Shown here: piece by piece, positions 41,558 through 52,149 of the stretch | Numbering within the stretch: position 1 is the first letter of the stretch | How the letters are laid out: every line of letters starts with the position of its first letter | Assembly (NCBI GenBank): GCA_963705255.1 | Contig: OY970061.1 | Location: 1,984,001-2,048,000 of the forward strand | DNA: 64,000 nucleotides | Direction of reading: 5' to 3' | From: an uncultured Methanoregulaceae archaeon | GTDB lineage: Archaea > Halobacteriota > Methanomicrobia > Methanomicrobiales > Methanospirillaceae | Made by a program: the position numbers and the translations under genes | Notes under the pieces: generated by a model | The model's input: only the letters and a program-made list of their open reading frames with translations | What the model was told of the DNA's origin: nothing | Database searches by the model: none

Positions 41558-42094
41558 TCAATCCCTTCCGGTAACCGTCCTTACCGAATAGATATAGGCA
41601 CCGAACGCCGAGAGGATGCCACCTGTGAAGACAAGAACAATCAGCAATCCTACCACAAGGAAGACACTTTCATAGCCTGAGGTCAGTGCGGAGTTCGCGT
41701 ATCCGGTATGGACTACGAGGCTGACGATATCGGAGAACCACATAACCTCGAGGATGATACTGGTTGTTACACCGGCAATCATCCCGGTAAGGAAGGAATC
41801 TTTCGGGCCTTCGGTCTGTCGGCGACACAGCCGGCCCGCGAAGATTCCCCCCATCTCAAAAACGATGATAACGAGAAGCGGGTATGCAACGTTCCAGATA
41901 ACAATGAGAGGAATCCCGGCGGATGCAGTCCCGGTTCCGGAATAATTTCTGATGAGGATGATGTTTATGAGTACTATCAATACCATGATCTCGCCGCTGA
42001 TCGCACCGGCGATCAACCCGCATCGGGTAACCGGCGTCATCATATCTTTCCGCCATACCTGCATAAAGGACAGTCCTCTCTGGCCCCGGATCAC
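41558..42094 (-). CDS. Four-TM membrane protein
   Basis: Gly-rich TM segments (GLIAGAISG, GMIAG, GGILSAFG). Confidence 0.65.
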   Translation of the reverse strand: MIRGQRGLSFMQVWRKDMMTPVTRCGLIAGAISGEIMVLIVLINIILIRNYSGTGTASAGIPLIVIWNVAYPLLVIIVFEMGGIFAGRLCRRQTEGPKDSFLTGMIAGVTTSIILEVMWFSDIVSLVVHTGYANSALTSGYESVFLVVGLLIVLVFTGGILSAFGAYIYSVRTVTGRD

Positions 42095-42181
42095 CGGGAA
42101 ACGGATCCGGTAGGCTCCTGAATATAGTTCAACCGGGTAATTTATATATTTTTTTAAAAACTATAGAGCACATCTGAAGAT

Positions 42182-42352
42182 CTACTCTGAAGCAAGGGAG
42201 ATCGCGGCAAGGGCGACAAGAATACCTGCGACGAGGAACAGCAGGTACGAGATCTGGGAGAAACCGGGTGCGCTGATGATGATCACGCAACCGATGATCG
42301 CGAGGAGAAATCCCATAAACAACTGGATGAGTGGGCCGTCGAGGTTTATCAT
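42182..42352 (-). CDS. Small two-TM protein
   Basis: MINLDGPLIQLFMGFLLAIIG...; the upstream part of the called ORF looks non-coding. Confidence 0.5.
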   Translation of the reverse strand: MINLDGPLIQLFMGFLLAIIGCVIIISAPGFSQISYLLFLVAGILVALAAISLASE

Positions 42353-42518
42353 ATTCGAAGAACCGTATCCCGTGCATATCACCTGCTCATCTTTGTTGCC
42401 GTCAGGAGAGACCGGTTGCCACGGTTTCCCAAAAGACTTCTGACAATATCTTCTGTCCCGGAGAGATCCGATGAGCCACCCGGGACACCGGAAAACCATG
42501 GAAGCAGGCGGAGGGCGT

Positions 42519-43711
42519 TCAACGGCTTCCCCTGACCGCAACGTCGATGGGCGCGAAATTCCCGGATATCACTTTCACGGTGCCGCTTCCTGAGGTCACG
42601 TTCGAGCTGTTCATCCCGTTCCCATCGGTTATCCCCTCATAGTTGTCGAGAGACAGGTTTCCGAACTGGTTGGTATCGATGATATAGTTCACGACCGCAT
42701 CGGGCACGGGTCTGCCGCTGATGTCCTTTATCGTGACATTGATGAAGTAAGACGGAGGATTCGGGTTGAACTGTACCCAGAAGTTCGCCGGTGGGACAAA
42801 CTGGTTATTGGAGGGAATTACCACATAATCTGAGCTCCTTCTCATCCCGCTGTTGTCCTGCACGGTCAGGTATACACAGAACGGGCCCGGTAGGTCTGGC
42901 TGGAAGTGAGCAATCTTCCCCTCTAAATAGTTCGGGGTAGTGAGGTTTTGCGTATCCGTGCAGTTTCCCTGTTGGTCGGGTGCACCATCTGTTATCGTCC
43001 CGGATGCGTCCTGGACCGACCAGTTCCAGTCAACGATCGTATTATTGTTCGCTGCAAAGGATTGCGTCCCGTCCAGCACGAGGGCCTCCCGCTGGATGGA
43101 ACCGAGGTTCTGCGTCACGGTATTCGACTGGATCACCGGGTTCGGGGGTTGGAACGATTTCCCAAACGTATTGTACAGGGTGGTCATTACCTGGATCGTT
43201 ACCTGATCGTTCGGCCCGATGCGGGGAGGCGGCGAGAAAAAATCCGTCGTGAAATTGATCCGGATCTTTTCACTGGCACTCGCTGGCACCGTAAGAGAAG
43301 ATGAAGGGTCCTGGCTTGAGAAATTATAGGGGATATATACGGGCTGAGAGGAAGAGGAGACCACCGTGAAGTTATGTGCATACATGTCATTGACCGATAT
43401 GCCGATCACGCTTGAATCTTCGTTATTCAGGTTGGTGAGGGAGAACGTCACCGCATTATAGCTCCGGTTGAGATACCGTTTGGCGGCCAGAAAGCCTGAT
43501 CCCACGCAGCCGGGACGGATTCAAAAGTTACACCGGTGATCAGGATCTGTTCATTCTGCACTGCAGAAATGTGGGCCTGCCGGTTCATCGCATCTTTCTG
43601 CATCTGGGAGATCATGATCGCGAGGCCGGCGGCGGCGGTCACTGTGATGAGGATGAGGAGGAGCGTCCCGACGATCACCGAAACGCCGTCATCACCTGTC
43701 CTTGCGATCAT
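42519..43711 (-). CDS. Large archaeal type IV pilin-like protein / adhesin with PKD-like and Ig-like domains; indel near 43475
   Basis: Class III signal MIARTGDDG/VSVIVGTLLLILITVTAAAGLA; the downstream frame has LDGTQS..IVDWNW...VYLTVQDNSG and VTIKDISGRPV...TDGNG. Confidence 0.75.
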
Positions 43712-43862
43712 GGAATTCCTGGGAGAAATTGGTTGTCCGAAGATATATCTTTTATCGATTAAGTCTATACTAAACTATAGTTTTATCAGAAAATACAATA
43801 GTAACGTTCGAAGATTCCAGCGGAAATTATTGTCACAGCACGTACCAGTATCATCGGCAGCA

Positions 43863-44396
43863 TCAGCGGACTGACCGATTGGACGCGGGATCCTGATAGA
43901 CGACCGGTTTTTCCGGAGAATTCCCCTGACTCACCGGATCAGTACATCCCGGGGGACCCATAACGGGTGTTCCTGACGGGCAATCGGGAAATATCTCCGT
44001 AATCCACGCCCCGATGTCGTTCCGCAGTTTCCGGTAATCCGCAATGATCTCATCTTTGTTCTTCCGGATTTCGGACGGGCTGACAAATCCCCGGTGGCAG
44101 ACCCGGTTGCCTTTCGGAATTATACTGGAGGCAGCGCGGGCAACCTGGTCGCAGAGAGTAATCACATAGTCGAACTTTCTCTGCGAAAAGATGGCAACCG
44201 ATTTCGATCGCTGCCGGGAGATATCGATGCCGGCTTCCTTCATGACCTGTACGGCATAGGGATTCAACCCTGCCGGTGCGAGGTCTCCGGAGCAGACGGA
44301 GTACCGGCCTCCGCACCGGTGGCGCAGCAGCCCCTCTGCTATCTGGGATCTGACTGAATTGAACGAACAGACAAATAGTACCGTCTTCTTTTCCAT
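43863..44396 (-). CDS. arsC: LMW-PTP fold arsenate reductase-like protein (divergent)
   Basis: VLFVCSFNSVRSQIAEG, GIDISRQRSK, DYVITLCD. Confidence 0.75.
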   Translation of the reverse strand: MEKKTVLFVCSFNSVRSQIAEGLLRHRCGGRYSVCSGDLAPAGLNPYAVQVMKEAGIDISRQRSKSVAIFSQRKFDYVITLCDQVARAASSIIPKGNRVCHRGFVSPSEIRKNKDEIIADYRKLRNDIGAWITEIFPDCPSGTPVMGPPGCTDPVSQGNSPEKPVVYQDPASNRSVR

Positions 44397-44419
44397 GAAC
44401 CCTCCCGCGATCACAACGT

Positions 44420-45070
44420 TTAGTGAATCTCGATCCTCTCACCAGTCTGCATATAATGGACATTTTCTGCGATTTTGCAGGCATGGTCGGCACAGCGTTC
44501 GAGGTAACGGGCGACGAGGATGTAGTAGGTGCAGCGGGTGATGGTCTTGGGGTCTTCCATCATGTAGGTGATCCCCTCGCGGAAGATCGAGTGCCTGAGC
44601 GCATCGATCGTATCGTCCCGGGCAGAGAAATCTGCTATCAGCGCAACCGAATCGGTATCATATGCTTTGATTGCATCGTCGATCATATCCATGGTAAGTT
44701 CCGCCATGTGGGGGATACTCATCAGGCGGGCGATGTGGGGCCTGTCGGAAATATCCTTGACGATGTTGGCTATCACCTTGCCGTATCGTCCAATCCGCAT
44801 GGATGCATTGATCACCTTGAGCGTGCAGGCAATGACCCGCATGTCCTTTGCCATCGGCTGGCCGGTGGCGATGAGCTGGTAACAGTGCTCCTCAAGCTTC
44901 ACTTCCATCTCGTGCAGTGCATCTTTCTTGGCTACGACCGTGGCAGCAAGTTCCTTGTCCTGCCGTATCAGTGCATCCACAGCGTCCCTGAGCATCCCGC
45001 GGCCGAAGAGCGCCATTGCCACGGTCTCTTTTTTCGTGGTTTTGAGTTCCGTATGGAATTTTTCTGCCAT
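44420..45070 (-). CDS. phoU: Phosphate signalling protein PhoU
   Basis: QPMAKDMR, RDDTID, RYLERCADHACKIAE; follows pstB. Confidence 0.93.
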   Translation of the reverse strand: MAEKFHTELKTTKKETVAMALFGRGMLRDAVDALIRQDKELAATVVAKKDALHEMEVKLEEHCYQLIATGQPMAKDMRVIACTLKVINASMRIGRYGKVIANIVKDISDRPHIARLMSIPHMAELTMDMIDDAIKAYDTDSVALIADFSARDDTIDALRHSIFREGITYMMEDPKTITRCTYYILVARYLERCADHACKIAENVHYMQTGERIEIH

Positions 45071-45079
45071 TCCTTTCTC

Positions 45080-45841
45080 CTAACCGAACCGGCCGGTGAT
45101 GTAATTCTCCGTGAGTTCCTCTCTGGGGTGCTCGAAGATATCCACGGTCTTCCCGCACTCGATGAGCTTTCCCAGATACATGAATCCCGTATAATCGCTG
45201 ACCCGCGCTGCCTGCTGCATGTTGTGGGTGACGATGATGACCGTGTACTCCTGCTTGAGCATATCGATCAGGTTCTCGATCTTCGCGGTCGCAATCGGGT
45301 CAAGCGCCGAACAGGGCTCGTCCATCAGGATCACCTCAGGCCCGACAGCGAGGGTGCGGGCGATGCAGAGCCGCTGCTGCTGGCCACCGGAGAGACCGAG
45401 GGCGGAATCGTTCAGCCGGTCTTTTACTTCGTCCCAGATGGCGGCATGACGGAGGCTCTGCTCCACATCCCTGTCAAGTTCGCTCCTGTCCTTCACGCCA
45501 TGGACCTTCGGGCCGTACGCGATGTTCTCGTAGATGGATTTCGGGAACGGGTTGGGCTTCTGGAAGACCATACCGACCTTCTTCCGCAGGGAGACGACAT
45601 CCGTTTCCTGGGCATGGATATTCTCATTATCGAGCATGATCTCACCGGTGATCTTCACGTGGTCGATGAGATCGTTCAACCGGTTGAAGCAGCGCAGCAG
45701 GGTCGATTTCCCGCATCCCGAAGGACCGATCAGGGCAGTCACCCTGTTCTTGGGGATCTTCATGGTGATCGACTGGAGCGCATGCTTCTCGTTATACCAG
45801 AGGTTCAGATTGTTTGTGGAAATGATACTGTTGTCAGACAT
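45080..45841 (-). CDS. pstB: Phosphate ABC ATPase PstB
   Basis: [44 protein letters not shown]. Confidence 0.97.
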   Translation of the reverse strand: MSDNSIISTNNLNLWYNEKHALQSITMKIPKNRVTALIGPSGCGKSTLLRCFNRLNDLIDHVKITGEIMLDNENIHAQETDVVSLRKKVGMVFQKPNPFPKSIYENIAYGPKVHGVKDRSELDRDVEQSLRHAAIWDEVKDRLNDSALGLSGGQQQRLCIARTLAVGPEVILMDEPCSALDPIATAKIENLIDMLKQEYTVIIVTHNMQQAARVSDYTGFMYLGKLIECGKTVDIFEHPREELTENYITGRFG

Positions 45842-45842
45842 A

Positions 45843-47798
45843 TTATCCCCGTGATTTGTTCTGGAAATGGGTTCTCACAAGAATCGCTGCCAAATAAAAT
45901 CCAACCACAAGCGTCAGCAGGACCAGGGCCGTGCCGTACCTGTTGGTAGAGGAATTCGAGACATTGGTTGCAAGGTAGAACAGCTGGAACGGCAGCGCCA
46001 TGACAGGATCAAAGATTGACGAAGGCAGGTACCGCTGCGAAACGACAACTGCCGTAAACATGATGGGCGCTGTCTCACCGGCAGCCCTCCCTATGGAGAG
46101 GATCACGCCGGTTACAATGCCGGGAACTGCAGGGGGAAGGACCACTTTACTGATGGTCTGCCACCTGGTGGCCCCGAGTGCAAGGCTCCCCTCCCGCAGG
46201 GAATGGGGGATATTCTTCAAGGATTCTTCGGTTGTCCTGATTATGGTGGGCAGAACCATCATCGCCAGCGCGATCTGCCCTGCAATCATCGAGATCCCGA
46301 CATTGAGGTACAGGACAACGAAGGCAAACCCGAAGAGGCCGAATACGATCGACGGAGTACCGTTGAGGAGATCGGCGCCGGTCCGGATCAACCGGGTGAC
46401 CCTCCCCTCCCGGGTGTATTCCACCAGGTAAATCGCTGCCCCGACACCCAGGGGCAGTGCGATGGCGATCGCGCCGATCACCAAGTACATCGTCCCGACG
46501 ATCGCCGGAAAAATTCCTCCTGATCTGCCTGCATCCTTAGGTGACTGGGTCAGGAAATCCCACGAGAGTGCCGGGAGACCGTGGACGATGATGTCCTGGA
46601 GGATGATGACAAGAATTGCCAGGACGATGAGGGTAGCTCCTGTGATCAGTGCGAAGGAGCATTTCTGGATCGTTGCCTGTGAGAGCCGGTTCCTGCCGAA
46701 ATACCATGCGCCACCCGCGAGCAGGACAAGGGCCGCCAGCCACCAGGATGCGGCTGCGAACAGAACTATAAAGAGGATAGCCGCAAAGAGGATTTTTGAT
46801 ATCCTCACGATCGAGTCCATTGCAGAGGTGCTGATGAAGGGTTTCCGGCCGGGACGGGTCGTGCGCCCTTCGTGAAGGTAGCGGAGGATGGCGACCGCAG
46901 AAAGGTTGATGACGAGCGTGATGAGCAGCAGCACGACGGCCACGGCAAACAGTGCATGGTAATGATCGCTGCCGACGGAGACCTCCCCCATCTCAATACC
47001 AAGCGTCGCGGTCAGGGTTTCCACCGTGGAAAAGATGTTCCAGATCGGGTTGGGGATGATCGCGGTATTACCGGCCACCATCAGGACCGCCATAGTCTCC
47101 CCGACCGCCCTGCCGATACCGAGAATGATGGCAGCAGCGATGCCCGAGAGGGCTGCCGGCACGATCACCCGGCTGATCGTCTGCCACCGGGTTGCACCGA
47201 TGGCAAGCGAGCCTTCGCGGAATTCGTGGGGGACGGAGCTGATCGCATCCTCGGACACGCTGACGATCGTGGGAAGGGCCATGATCCCCAGAAGGATGGA
47301 TGCGGCAAGCCATGAGTTTCCCGTCGGGACATCAAATACAATTCGTATGAAGTTCGTGAGAACGACGAGACCGAAGAACCCGTAGACCACCGAGGGGATC
47401 CCTGCCAGCAGTTCGATTGCCGGTTTGAGGATCGTTTTCACCCGGGGGGATGCAAGTTCGGCGATGTAGATTGCACAGCCGAGGGAAAGCGGGATAGCGA
47501 TGACCATGGCACCGATGGTGACGAGAAGTGTCCCGACAATAAGGGGGAGGATCCCGTACAGCGGCACCGCTGCAGTTGGTTGCCATGACAACCCAAGGAG
47601 AAAATCAGGCAGGCTGACCTGCTCGAGGATTGGGTACGCATCCCGTACCAGGAAGAGGATGATGAATGCAATGACAATAACGGCAAAGAAGGCTGTGAAG
47701 AAGAAGAGGGTCTTGATCGATCGCTCCCTGAGCCGGGAGCTGCGGGCACTGCCCGGTGAGGCGGTTCTGAATCCGATTGTGGTTCCGGCAAGTTTCAC
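45843..47798 (-). CDS. pstC: Fused PstC-PstA phosphate permease
   Basis: [13 protein letters not shown]...[10 protein letters not shown], then [10 protein letters not shown]...GRAAGETAP, in one 651-aa ORF. Confidence 0.92.
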   Translation of the reverse strand: MKLAGTTIGFRTASPGSARSSRLRERSIKTLFFFTAFFAVIVIAFIILFLVRDAYPILEQVSLPDFLLGLSWQPTAAVPLYGILPLIVGTLLVTIGAMVIAIPLSLGCAIYIAELASPRVKTILKPAIELLAGIPSVVYGFFGLVVLTNFIRIVFDVPTGNSWLAASILLGIMALPTIVSVSEDAISSVPHEFREGSLAIGATRWQTISRVIVPAALSGIAAAIILGIGRAVGETMAVLMVAGNTAIIPNPIWNIFSTVETLTATLGIEMGEVSVGSDHYHALFAVAVVLLLITLVINLSAVAILRYLHEGRTTRPGRKPFISTSAMDSIVRISKILFAAILFIVLFAAASWWLAALVLLAGGAWYFGRNRLSQATIQKCSFALITGATLIVLAILVIILQDIIVHGLPALSWDFLTQSPKDAGRSGGIFPAIVGTMYLVIGAIAIALPLGVGAAIYLVEYTREGRVTRLIRTGADLLNGTPSIVFGLFGFAFVVLYLNVGISMIAGQIALAMMVLPTIIRTTEESLKNIPHSLREGSLALGATRWQTISKVVLPPAVPGIVTGVILSIGRAAGETAPIMFTAVVVSQRYLPSSIFDPVMALPFQLFYLATNVSNSSTNRYGTALVLLTLVVGFYLAAILVRTHFQNKSRG

Positions 47799-47852
47799 GA
47801 TCTTCGCCCCATGGAAAAGAAAAAGAATTGATGTTCATCCGGACCGATCATC

Positions 47853-48845
47853 TCAGCTCAGGGGGACATATCCCTGATCGGCGACGATCTTCTGCCCATC
47901 TGGGCTGAGGATGTAGTTGATGAAGTCGCCCGCAAGTCCGGTTGGCTTGCCGTTGGTGATGAGATAGAGATCGCGGGACATCGGATAGGTCAGGTCCTTC
48001 ACGGTGGCAACAGAGGGAACAGACACTACACCATTCGTTCCCATGATGGGGACCGCTTTGACACTGCTGCTCAGGAACCCGATTGAAACGTAGCCGATGG
48101 CCAATGGGGTCTGTGCAACGTTCTGGCTGACCGCGCCATTGGAGTTCAGCTCCTGCATCGAGGCGATCGGGTTCGTATTTCCCGGCAGAACGCTCTGTTC
48201 GAAATACACCCGGGTTCCTGATGCGCTGTCACGCCCGATAACGACGACCTGGTTATTGGTGCCGGAAACACCTGCTCCGGTAATCTGGGACCATTTGGTG
48301 ATCTTGCCAAGATAAATCTGCTTGATCTGATCGAAGGTGATAGTCTGGATCGTGTTGGCCGGGTTGACAATGACGGCAATGCCATCCTGCGCAATTGGCG
48401 TAATGACGAAGGCGGGATACTTGGTCATCTCGGCGCTGGTCACTTCACGGGAGGTCATGCCGATATCAACGGTCTTGGCACCAATCGCCTGGATGCCGAC
48501 ACCGGATCCGCCACCCGAGATCTGGATATCTGCGTCCGGGTGGGTTGCCATATAGGCGTCAGCTGCTGCCTGGGCAATCGGGAGGACGGTAGTCGATCCG
48601 CTGATCTTGAGGGTCTGTTTCTGGCCTGTTGAAACCGGCGCACTCGTGGTTACCGGTACTGCGGTCGTTGCCTGGGCAGCGGGAGAGTTAGTGGGGGTGG
48701 TCGATATTGCAGTTGCTGCACCCGGTGCCTGCGTGGAAGCCGTATTCGTTGATCCGTTGCCTGTACACCCTGCAGCAATCGCGAGCATGAACACTGCGAC
48801 GAGGCTGAGGGTAATAATCAGATAAGAACTCCGTTTCGCATTCAT
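47853..48845 (-). CDS. pstS: Phosphate-binding lipoprotein PstS
   Basis: Lipobox IAAGC, Thr/Ala linker, ISGSTTV, GGGSGVG, DIGMTSR, RDSASGT, YPMSR. Confidence 0.95.
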   Translation of the reverse strand: MNAKRSSYLIITLSLVAVFMLAIAAGCTGNGSTNTASTQAPGAATAISTTPTNSPAAQATTAVPVTTSAPVSTGQKQTLKISGSTTVLPIAQAAADAYMATHPDADIQISGGGSGVGIQAIGAKTVDIGMTSREVTSAEMTKYPAFVITPIAQDGIAVIVNPANTIQTITFDQIKQIYLGKITKWSQITGAGVSGTNNQVVVIGRDSASGTRVYFEQSVLPGNTNPIASMQELNSNGAVSQNVAQTPLAIGYVSIGFLSSSVKAVPIMGTNGVVSVPSVATVKDLTYPMSRDLYLITNGKPTGLAGDFINYILSPDGQKIVADQGYVPLS

Positions 48846-48968
48846 GGTGTTCGATTATCCATTCAACCCGGCCTATTAAACGTCTTTTCGCCATAAACTA
48901 TACGAGTATATATACAGGAAATAGACAAATAGAGTAACATAGGGAAATCAGAATTCTATTGTAATCCG
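48846..48968. promoter_or_regulatory. Divergent promoter region between pstS and the phosphate regulator
   Basis: TATATATA near 48907-48914 and tandem ATAG units (AAATAGAC 48919, AAATAGAG 48927, ACATAGGG 48937). Confidence 0.55.
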
Positions 48969-50012
48969 GTGATGAAGATGGAGATACGGCGGGTGCAGAT
49001 GACCGGGGGTGCCTCCTTTGTGGTGACACTTCCCAAGGACTGGGCGGAACAGCAGAAGATCAAAAAGAATGATCCGGTCGGTATCATGATCCAGCCGGAC
49101 GGGACGCTCGTTGTGACCAAGAAGATCACGGAAGAACCGGATCAACGGACCAAGGAGATCAATTGCAGTACTATTACGGATCCTGCATTCCTGTTCCGGA
49201 TGCTGATCGGTGCATACATTACGGGATTCAATGTGATCCGTCTCACCACCAAGCAGCGGTTCTCCCCCTTTGTGCGGACGGGGGTCCGGGACTTTACCCA
49301 GATGACGATTGGCCAGGAGATCGTGGAAGAAACTGATACCGTTATCACGATAAAAGACCTTCTGAACCCGGCAGAGATGCCCTTTGACAACACCATCAAG
49401 CGCATGTTTGTTATCGTCAAGAATATGCATGAGGATGCCATTGCTGCGCTTGAAACCCATAATAAGGAACTCGCACAGGATGTGATCGTCCGGGACATGG
49501 ATGCCGATCGGCTCAACTGGCTGATTGCCCGCCAGACGAACATGATCATGCAGAACGCCTCGCTCTCCCGGAAGATGGAAATCTCCCAGAGCCTGGCAAT
49601 GCATTACTACATGCTCAGCCGGATCATCGAACGCGTTGGCGACCACGCGGTGAGGATCGCTGAGCATACTTTACCGATAGTCGGGGCCGACATCGACAAG
49701 AAGATCCTTACTGCGATCAAGAAATCCAGTACCCTCTCCCTTGAGATCTTTGACCGGAGCATCGTCTCATTCTTTAATACGGACATGAAGGAAGCGAACC
49801 GGAATATCGAGTCCATCAGCGCCCTTGAGAACATCTGCGGGGATATCAATAACATGGTGATCAGGCAGGACACGATGATCGCGATCAATATCGGGTACAT
49901 AGCAGAGAGTATCCGGAGGTCCGGTGAATATGCAGGGGATATCTCGGAGACGGTCATCAACCTCCTTATTGAGAACGAACAGGGGCCCCATAAGAGAAAA
50001 ACCAGCAAATAA
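48969..50012 (+). CDS. Archaeal phosphate uptake regulator (AbrB/SpoVT DNA-binding domain + PhoU domains)
   Basis: RRVQMTGGASFVVTLPKDW, LIGAYITG, IERVGDHA, SIRRSGEYAGDISE. Confidence 0.9.
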   Translation: MMKMEIRRVQMTGGASFVVTLPKDWAEQQKIKKNDPVGIMIQPDGTLVVTKKITEEPDQRTKEINCSTITDPAFLFRMLIGAYITGFNVIRLTTKQRFSPFVRTGVRDFTQMTIGQEIVEETDTVITIKDLLNPAEMPFDNTIKRMFVIVKNMHEDAIAALETHNKELAQDVIVRDMDADRLNWLIARQTNMIMQNASLSRKMEISQSLAMHYYMLSRIIERVGDHAVRIAEHTLPIVGADIDKKILTAIKKSSTLSLEIFDRSIVSFFNTDMKEANRNIESISALENICGDINNMVIRQDTMIAINIGYIAESIRRSGEYAGDISETVINLLIENEQGPHKRKTSK

Positions 50013-50367
50013 CAACTTTGTTGTACCGGTCATCCTGGATCCATAATTTTGCCGGACATCCGTTTTCCCGGAACGGTGTGGAGTGCCCTCCAGATCCTGT
50101 CAGGGGAATATAGTTTTAAAAAATTTTATATAGAGAACTGACAGACTCTATTGTGTCGCATTTGGAAAAACCCGCTGGGACAAGCAAGCCGATAGCAGCC
50201 GGGCGCTTCACTTCGCCTTTACCATTTCACCTGCTCCGGACGGGAAGTTTCACGGTACTTCTTGTCAACCCGCTTGTTTTCCAGAGAAAGCCCTGCACAA
50301 ATTTGAATTGCCATGTCCCGGCCGGAAATGGTGACGGGACCGGAACCTGCTCTGGCTCCCGGAGTGG

Positions 50368-51111
50368 ATGGCTATGAAAGTCGATTTTCATGTACATACC
50401 CGGCGATCTGTTGACGCGGTTCACAGCCCGCGGGAGATGGTAAAGAAGGCACGGGATGCCGGCATCAATGCCATTGCAATAACCGATCACAGCCGCCTCT
50501 TCTCTAAGTCCGAAGCACAAAGGCTCAGCCGGGAGTTCGGTCTTGTGGTGATACCTGGCATTGAAGGAGGAAATATCGCGGTCCAGAGACACTGGATCGC
50601 CCTGGGCATAGACCGTCAGATAACGGATACGCGGATAGACCTGGTCCTTGAATCCATCCGACAGGACAGCGGCGTGTCCGTCGCTCCCCATCCACACTCA
50701 CGGCTGGGCTACGGGAATTATGCGGGGCTCGGGTTTGATGCCGTAGAATCCCTCAACGGGAGCGAGCCCGGATCCAACAAGCAGGTCAGGAATATCCGCA
50801 GGATTCCCGAGGTTGCCGGCAGCGATTCGCACGCGCTTTCGATGCTGGGATTCTGCTGGACAGAGGTTGATGCCGATGAGACCATAGAGAGCATCCTCGA
50901 ATCAGTCCGGCGGGGTTTATGCAGGCCTGAGGGATCCACCATCCCGTTCCTTGATCTCTTCTGCTTCTATCCCCTCTACATCCGGGACCGTATTCTCCGG
51001 CAACCGGTAACTGCCCTGTCTGCTGCCCGTCAGGTCATCCGGGATGTCCGCAGGGTAAGGGAATACGAATCCTCCTGCCGGAATTGTCGAATATACCTGG
51101 GACCAGGGTGA
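50368..51111 (+). CDS. PHP domain phosphoesterase
   Basis: DFHVHTRRSVD, AITDH, PGIE, PHP, ESLNG, AGSDSH. Confidence 0.9.
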   Translation: MAMKVDFHVHTRRSVDAVHSPREMVKKARDAGINAIAITDHSRLFSKSEAQRLSREFGLVVIPGIEGGNIAVQRHWIALGIDRQITDTRIDLVLESIRQDSGVSVAPHPHSRLGYGNYAGLGFDAVESLNGSEPGSNKQVRNIRRIPEVAGSDSHALSMLGFCWTEVDADETIESILESVRRGLCRPEGSTIPFLDLFCFYPLYIRDRILRQPVTALSAARQVIRDVRRVREYESSCRNCRIYLGPG

Positions 51112-51863
51112 TCAGATTTCATAGAAATACGTTCCTGCAAACCCGCTGGATAGGAGTTGACCTGAATACCACCGGCCATGCAGTGGTCGCTGCTGATCTC
51201 GTAAGCGGGAAAGTCATGAAACTTGGAAAGAGGCTGCACTATGCAAGGACTTCGTCGACACAGAACTGCACGAAACTGTACCGGGAGAGAAAACTCTGGA
51301 AACTCAAAAAGGTCAAGAGCCGCGAGAAGAAGGAGTTCAAGGCTGCTCTCCACAAGATTGCCCGGCAGATCGTCGGATTTGCCGAATCCTTCTGCGCCGG
51401 AATCAAGTTTGAAAGACTTTTTTCGGTCCGTTACCTCTGTAAGCGGGAAGTGGAGGATGCATACGAGTTCTCTTTCGACAATGGATCATTTGCCACTCTG
51501 CTACACCTCGTGGAAAAACGGGCGCTCAACCGCGGCATACCGGTCCTTTATGTCAACCCGTCCAACACTTCCAAGCGATGCAGCAGGTGCGGGGGGTTTG
51601 GGAGACGTGTTCGCAAGCGTTTTGAGTGCCCGCAGTGCGGCAGGGTTATTCATGCCGATGTGAATGCCGCGTTCAACATCGCGGCAACATCCTGCACTTC
51701 CGACAAGGCTGAGATTCACCTGCTACGGGCCTCGCGCAAAATGATGCGGAAACGTGCGAGGGCAGATCAGGCCGTTCCGGAGGGAGGAGTCCTCGCAGGT
51801 CCCGACCTTTCCTGTCACCAGGAGATGCTCTCCCGATGGGAGGATATACAGGGGATATCCTGA
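51108..51863 (+). CDS. tnpB: N-terminally truncated TnpB-like (IS200/IS605 OrfB) RuvC/Zn-ribbon protein
   Basis: RuvC-I IGVDLNTTG, LHKIARQIV, RuvC-II FERL, VNPSNTSKRCSRCG..FECPQCG, RuvC-III HADVNAAFNIA; GTG at 51108 overlaps the PHP stop (GTGA). Confidence 0.85.
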   Translation: MIRFHRNTFLQTRWIGVDLNTTGHAVVAADLVSGKVMKLGKRLHYARTSSTQNCTKLYRERKLWKLKKVKSREKKEFKAALHKIARQIVGFAESFCAGIKFERLFSVRYLCKREVEDAYEFSFDNGSFATLLHLVEKRALNRGIPVLYVNPSNTSKRCSRCGGFGRRVRKRFECPQCGRVIHADVNAAFNIAATSCTSDKAEIHLLRASRKMMRKRARADQAVPEGGVLAGPDLSCHQEMLSRWEDIQGIS

Positions 51864-51912
51864 AGGACTTGATGATAGCTGCGGAACGCAGATGTCCGAT
51901 TACCCGGGGTGA

Positions 51913-52149
51913 ATGATGATAACGTCCGTAATAACCGTAGAGGTCAGATGTCCGAAATGTGGGATCTCATATGCAGACCGGTATATTCCTGCGTTTGCCA
52001 TCCCGGAAGTCACCGGTAGAGGGGATGATTATACGGATGATTGCGTAGTGGCCACCTGTCCATCCTGCGATCACATGGTGAGCGTAGTTGTGCGGATGAG
52101 TAGTGCAGAAAAGAGAGAATGCATGGCAGGAGGGAATCCTGATGTTTGA
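51913..52149 (+). CDS. Small Zn-ribbon protein
   Basis: CPKCG...ATCPSCDH. Confidence 0.65.
   Translation: MMITSVITVEVRCPKCGISYADRYIPAFAIPEVTGRGDDYTDDCVVATCPSCDHMVSVVVRMSSAEKRECMAGGNPDV

Noticed and set aside
51108-51863. Cas12f/Cas14 effector or active IS605 element
   Set aside because: No array, no tnpA and no recognisable IS ends; the N-terminal lobe is missing
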